Source of the DNA: Tubiluchus corallicola
Taxonomy: Eukaryota > Animalia > Priapulida
Length of the DNA stretch: 64,000 bases
Reading direction: 5' to 3'
NCBI GenBank assembly: GCA_030141605.1
Contig: JAQGDQ010000974.1
Coordinates: 10,230 to 74,229 of the forward strand
The notes under the pieces are model-generated. The model was not told where the DNA came from. It ran no database searches and saw only the letters and a program-made list of their open reading frames with translations. Numbering within the stretch: position 1 is the first letter of the stretch; every line of letters starts with the position of its first letter. Of this stretch, positions 60,232 to 64,000 are shown piece after piece. Position numbers and translations under genes: made by a program.

Positions 60232-60622
60232 CAGGGCCTATTTCAGCCTAAGCGAGGCCCGGGGAAGTGGGGCATGTGAGGCCCCATGGGGGGGGGGGGG
60301 GCGGGCGGGCGGGCGCCACCATGGTTGGCGCCCAGAAAAATTTTGAACTGCTAGAAGGCCGGAGAAGCATTTTCGGAGAAAACATGGAGTTATACCGTTG
60401 TTAAAGGAAAGAACAATTGAAAGAAAAACTGCTTTATTCTCGAGGCCAGTCCTTAATACTTGTCAATACTGGCAAACGGCGCGCGTGCGGCAAGAGAGAG
60501 AAAGAGGGAGAGAGGAGGCAGTATGTTCGCATAAAGCAAAAAATGTTACCTTGGCGTGAGGCCCCCCTGGAGGGTGAGGCCCCGGGGAAGTATCCCCCCT
60601 TCTCCCCTTGAAATAGGCCCTG
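60232..60622. mobile_element. hAT-like MITE (GC-rich family), copy 2
   Basis: TIRs CAGGGCCTATTTC / GAAATAGGCCCTG with perfect TSD GTGACTAA. Confidence 0.9.
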
Positions 60623-61046
60623 GTGACTAAAGCCCAGGTATGGATCCGGACTGCAGCAACTAAAAATATGGATCCGTACCCCGAAAGATATTAGCGAGAA
60701 ACTACTACAGATTGCCGTCATTGAGGGCGGATATCACTTTCTTGTTTATCCGCAGCCGCAAAATCCGCTGCTGTAAATATGCCCATCCACCAAAATCCGC
60801 GTATTGAGTGAAATTGAATATCCTAGTATCCGCAATACCGCAAAAATGTTGGCAACAAGTTAACTAGGCTTGGTATGTGTCCCTTATTGTTGAAAACCGT
60901 TTCTTAACGAATCAATAATAAATTGCTAGCCAGACCCAGATTTTGCTTGTAAGCCTTCAACGACAACTCACTCTGCACGATGTACAGTACATAGTACATC
61001 ATTCAACTATATCATGCCCTTCACACTTCAAACCTTAATATATATA

Positions 61047-63332
61047 CTAGCAAAGGCCCCGCAAAAAATTTTGCGTATAAATACACGTGTAATCAATAAT
61101 ACGCGAACATCCTACACAGTCCTCATTTATAACACAAAGCCCGTAACATCCTGCCTACCTAACGCAAAACCTGTAGCCCGTAACATCATGCCTACTGTAT
61201 GTCTGTTTATCTAACCCAAAGCCAGCAGCGTTTACTGCTGCCTACTGTATGTTTATCTAACGCAGAGCAGCTTTTTGCTGAATTAAAGTTATAGACAGAG
61301 TACAATGGATGACGTCAGCACAATGGAATGCGGTCAGCACAGTTTTCTAAGCGAAAATTGTCTCGAAATTTGCGGAAAATAGAACACCTAATTAACTCGT
61401 CGGTACTCCTCTCGGTGGACCTGCCCTAACATATAGCCCACATCATCGTGTAGCCCTGTTCTTTCTCTTTCTGATGAGCCGTATATCTCCTTCCGAGAGT
61501 CCCACCAGGCGACGCTAGAACGTTTTTTCCGCAGGCTGTTTGGTCAAAATTTCGAAAAAATCGCGAGTTGGGTCCGGGAAAACGCCCGTTGCGGGACGCC
61601 GTGGTCCTCTCGGGAATCCTAAATATGCCTACTACACCCACCGCTGAACGGGCTATCTATCCATACCCAGCACCACCCTCGGCCCATTCCAGTTCTTCAG
61701 AAATAAGAGGTATAAATTTTGCAAAAAACGGCCGAAAAATGGCCATTTTTGGATATTTTTCGCCCCCCCCCCTCCTCGCGGTGGGCCCAATTCGAAAAAT
61801 AAACCCCCAATGAGACGACACTAGATCGAGACCTTTCGTTTGATGTATAGATCGCCACAAATGGTGCCGTCGTCGAAGCTGTAGCCTCGAATCTTATATA
61901 TAAATATATATAAAAAGAATATTAATATTAACGAAAATTTGCGGAAAATTGAACACCTAATTAACTCGTCGATACTCCTCTCGGTGGACCTGTCCTAACA
62001 TATAGCCCACATCATCGTGTAGCCCCGTCCTTCCTCTTAGCAAAGAGCCCCATATCTCCTTCCGAGAGTCCCACCAAGCGCCGCTAGAACGTTTTTTCCA
62101 CAGGCCGTTTGGTCAAAATTTCGAAAAAATCGCGAGTTGTGTCCGGGAAAACGCCCGTTGCGGGGCGCCCTGGCCCTCTCGGGAATTCTAAATATACCTA
62201 CTACACCCACCGCTGAACGGGCTATCTATCCATACCCAGCACCCCCCTCCTCCCGTTCCCGTTCTCTACATCTCAGCCGTATAACTTTTGCAAAAAACGG
62301 CCGAAAAAGTGCAGTGTGGTGTTATGGTGTGGTGTGATGTGGTGGAGTATTATGGTGTAGGTGGTATGGTGTGGTGCGGTGCGGTGTGGTGGTATTGTGT
62401 GGTGCAGTGTGGTGCGATGAGGTGGAGTGGTATGGTGTGGTGCAGTGTGGTGTGATGAGGTGGAGTGGTGTGGTGTGGGTTGTGTGTTGATTTGTGCACA
62501 AAATTCTTTTTGTGGGATTTCGCTAGTCTTATATTAATATTCTTGGTATGGGCATTATATATAAGATTCGAGGCTACAGCTTCGACGACGGCACCATTTG
62601 CGGCGATCTATATATCAAACGAAAGGTCTCGATCTAGTGTCTTCTCATTGATGGTTTATTTTTCGAATCGGGCCCACCGGGAGAAAGGGGAGGCGAAAAA
62701 CCTCCAAAAATGGCTATTTTTCGGCCGTTTTTTGCAAAAGTTATACGGCTGAGATGTAGAGAACGGGAACGGGCCGAGGGGGGTGCTGGGTATGGATAGA
62801 TAGCCCGTTCAGCGGTGGGTGTAGTAGGCATATTTAGAATTCGCGAGAGGGCCAGGGCGCCCCGCAACGGGCGTTTTCCCGGACCCAACTCGCGATTTTT
62901 TCGAAATTTTGACCAAACAGCATGCGGGAAAAACGTTCTAGCGTCGCCCGGTGGGACTCTCGGAAGGAGATATATAGCTCTTTACAAAGAGGAAGGACAG
63001 GGCTACGCGATAATGTAGGTTATATTTTAGGGCAGGTCCACCGAGAGGAGTATCAACGAGTTAATTACGTGTTCTATTTTAGGCAATTTTTCAAGAATTT
63101 TCGCTTAGAAAACTGCGACGCATTCCATTGTCTATAAGTTTAATTCAGTAAAAAGCTGCTGCTGGCTTTGCGTTAGATAAACAGACATACAGTAGGCATG
63201 ATGTGACGGGCTACAGGCTTTGCGTTAGGTAAGTAGGCAGGATGTTACGGGCTTTACGGGCTTTGTGTTATAAATGAGGACTAGGTAGAATGTTCGCGTA
63301 GTATTGATAATCTTTTGCGGGGCCTTTGCTAG
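61047..63332. mobile_element. Cluster of non-autonomous Helitron-like elements
   Basis: Minus copy 61047-61920, partial minus copy 61934-62308 and plus copy about 62538-63332. The 3' ends read ...TTTTGCGGGGCCTTTGCTAG|T, with a CGCAAAA/TTTTGCG hairpin in the left copy. The 5' ends are TC followed by a TA-rich run. Confidence 0.65.
62311..62482. repeat. (GGTGT)n-like pentanucleotide microsatellite
   Basis: gtgtggtgtgatgtggtggagt... tract. Confidence 0.85.
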
Positions 63333-63477
63333 TATATATATTAATTCTTTATTTGTCATGAAAATGTTCACTCATTATAATAAAACTGAGTAAGCCTCAG
63401 CATAAAATTTGAGCAGTCTCACCGAAATAGTCCATGTGGTTTATGACTAAAATTTCTTCTTTCATTAACTTCATTAA

Positions 63478-63868
<391 letters not shown>

Positions 63869-64000
63869 AGGATGCCAACAAGACTGTGTTACTGATTCAT
63901 CATTATGAAATTCAACAACTTAGTTTTTAGTGGTCCTTTGCTCTTTTATTCTTCTTCTCTCAGCTGGAGATTGCCGATAATCGGCCAGTGAAATGTGTTT

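Noticed and set aside
61426-63137. Repeated short ORFs (MGPGKRPLR...)
   Set aside because: They lie within non-autonomous Helitron-like repeats and show no Rep or helicase motifs.

Overview
AT-rich, intron-containing animal (invertebrate) genomic DNA; not prokaryotic. Reading the splice sites by hand gives five conserved genes: the last exon of HDDC3/MESH1 (+), CEP57 (+, 4277-18108, with a duplicated coiled-coil exon), POLR3G/RPC7-like (-), SAP18 (+) and a TNIP2/ABIN-2-like gene (-, 30239-50432; EABR-like, UBAN and C-terminal zinc finger). The main structural feature is an inverted duplication of the 5' part of the TNIP2-like gene (about 46063-49962 vs 53450-59043). Its two arms have decayed in complementary ways. 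The left arm keeps the spliced TNIP2 path, but its giant read-through exon is broken. The right arm keeps an intact 824-aa read-through ORF but has lost the next TNIP2 exon. Also present: a 5S rRNA-headed SINE with target-site duplication, many MITEs (Kolobok-, hAT-, Tc1/pogo- and piggyBac-like), Gypsy gag and LINE fragments, a Helitron-like cluster and five unrelated tandem arrays inside the TNIP2 introns. Gene identities come from recalled homolog motifs, not database searches. Coordinates were counted by hand and may be off by a few bases.
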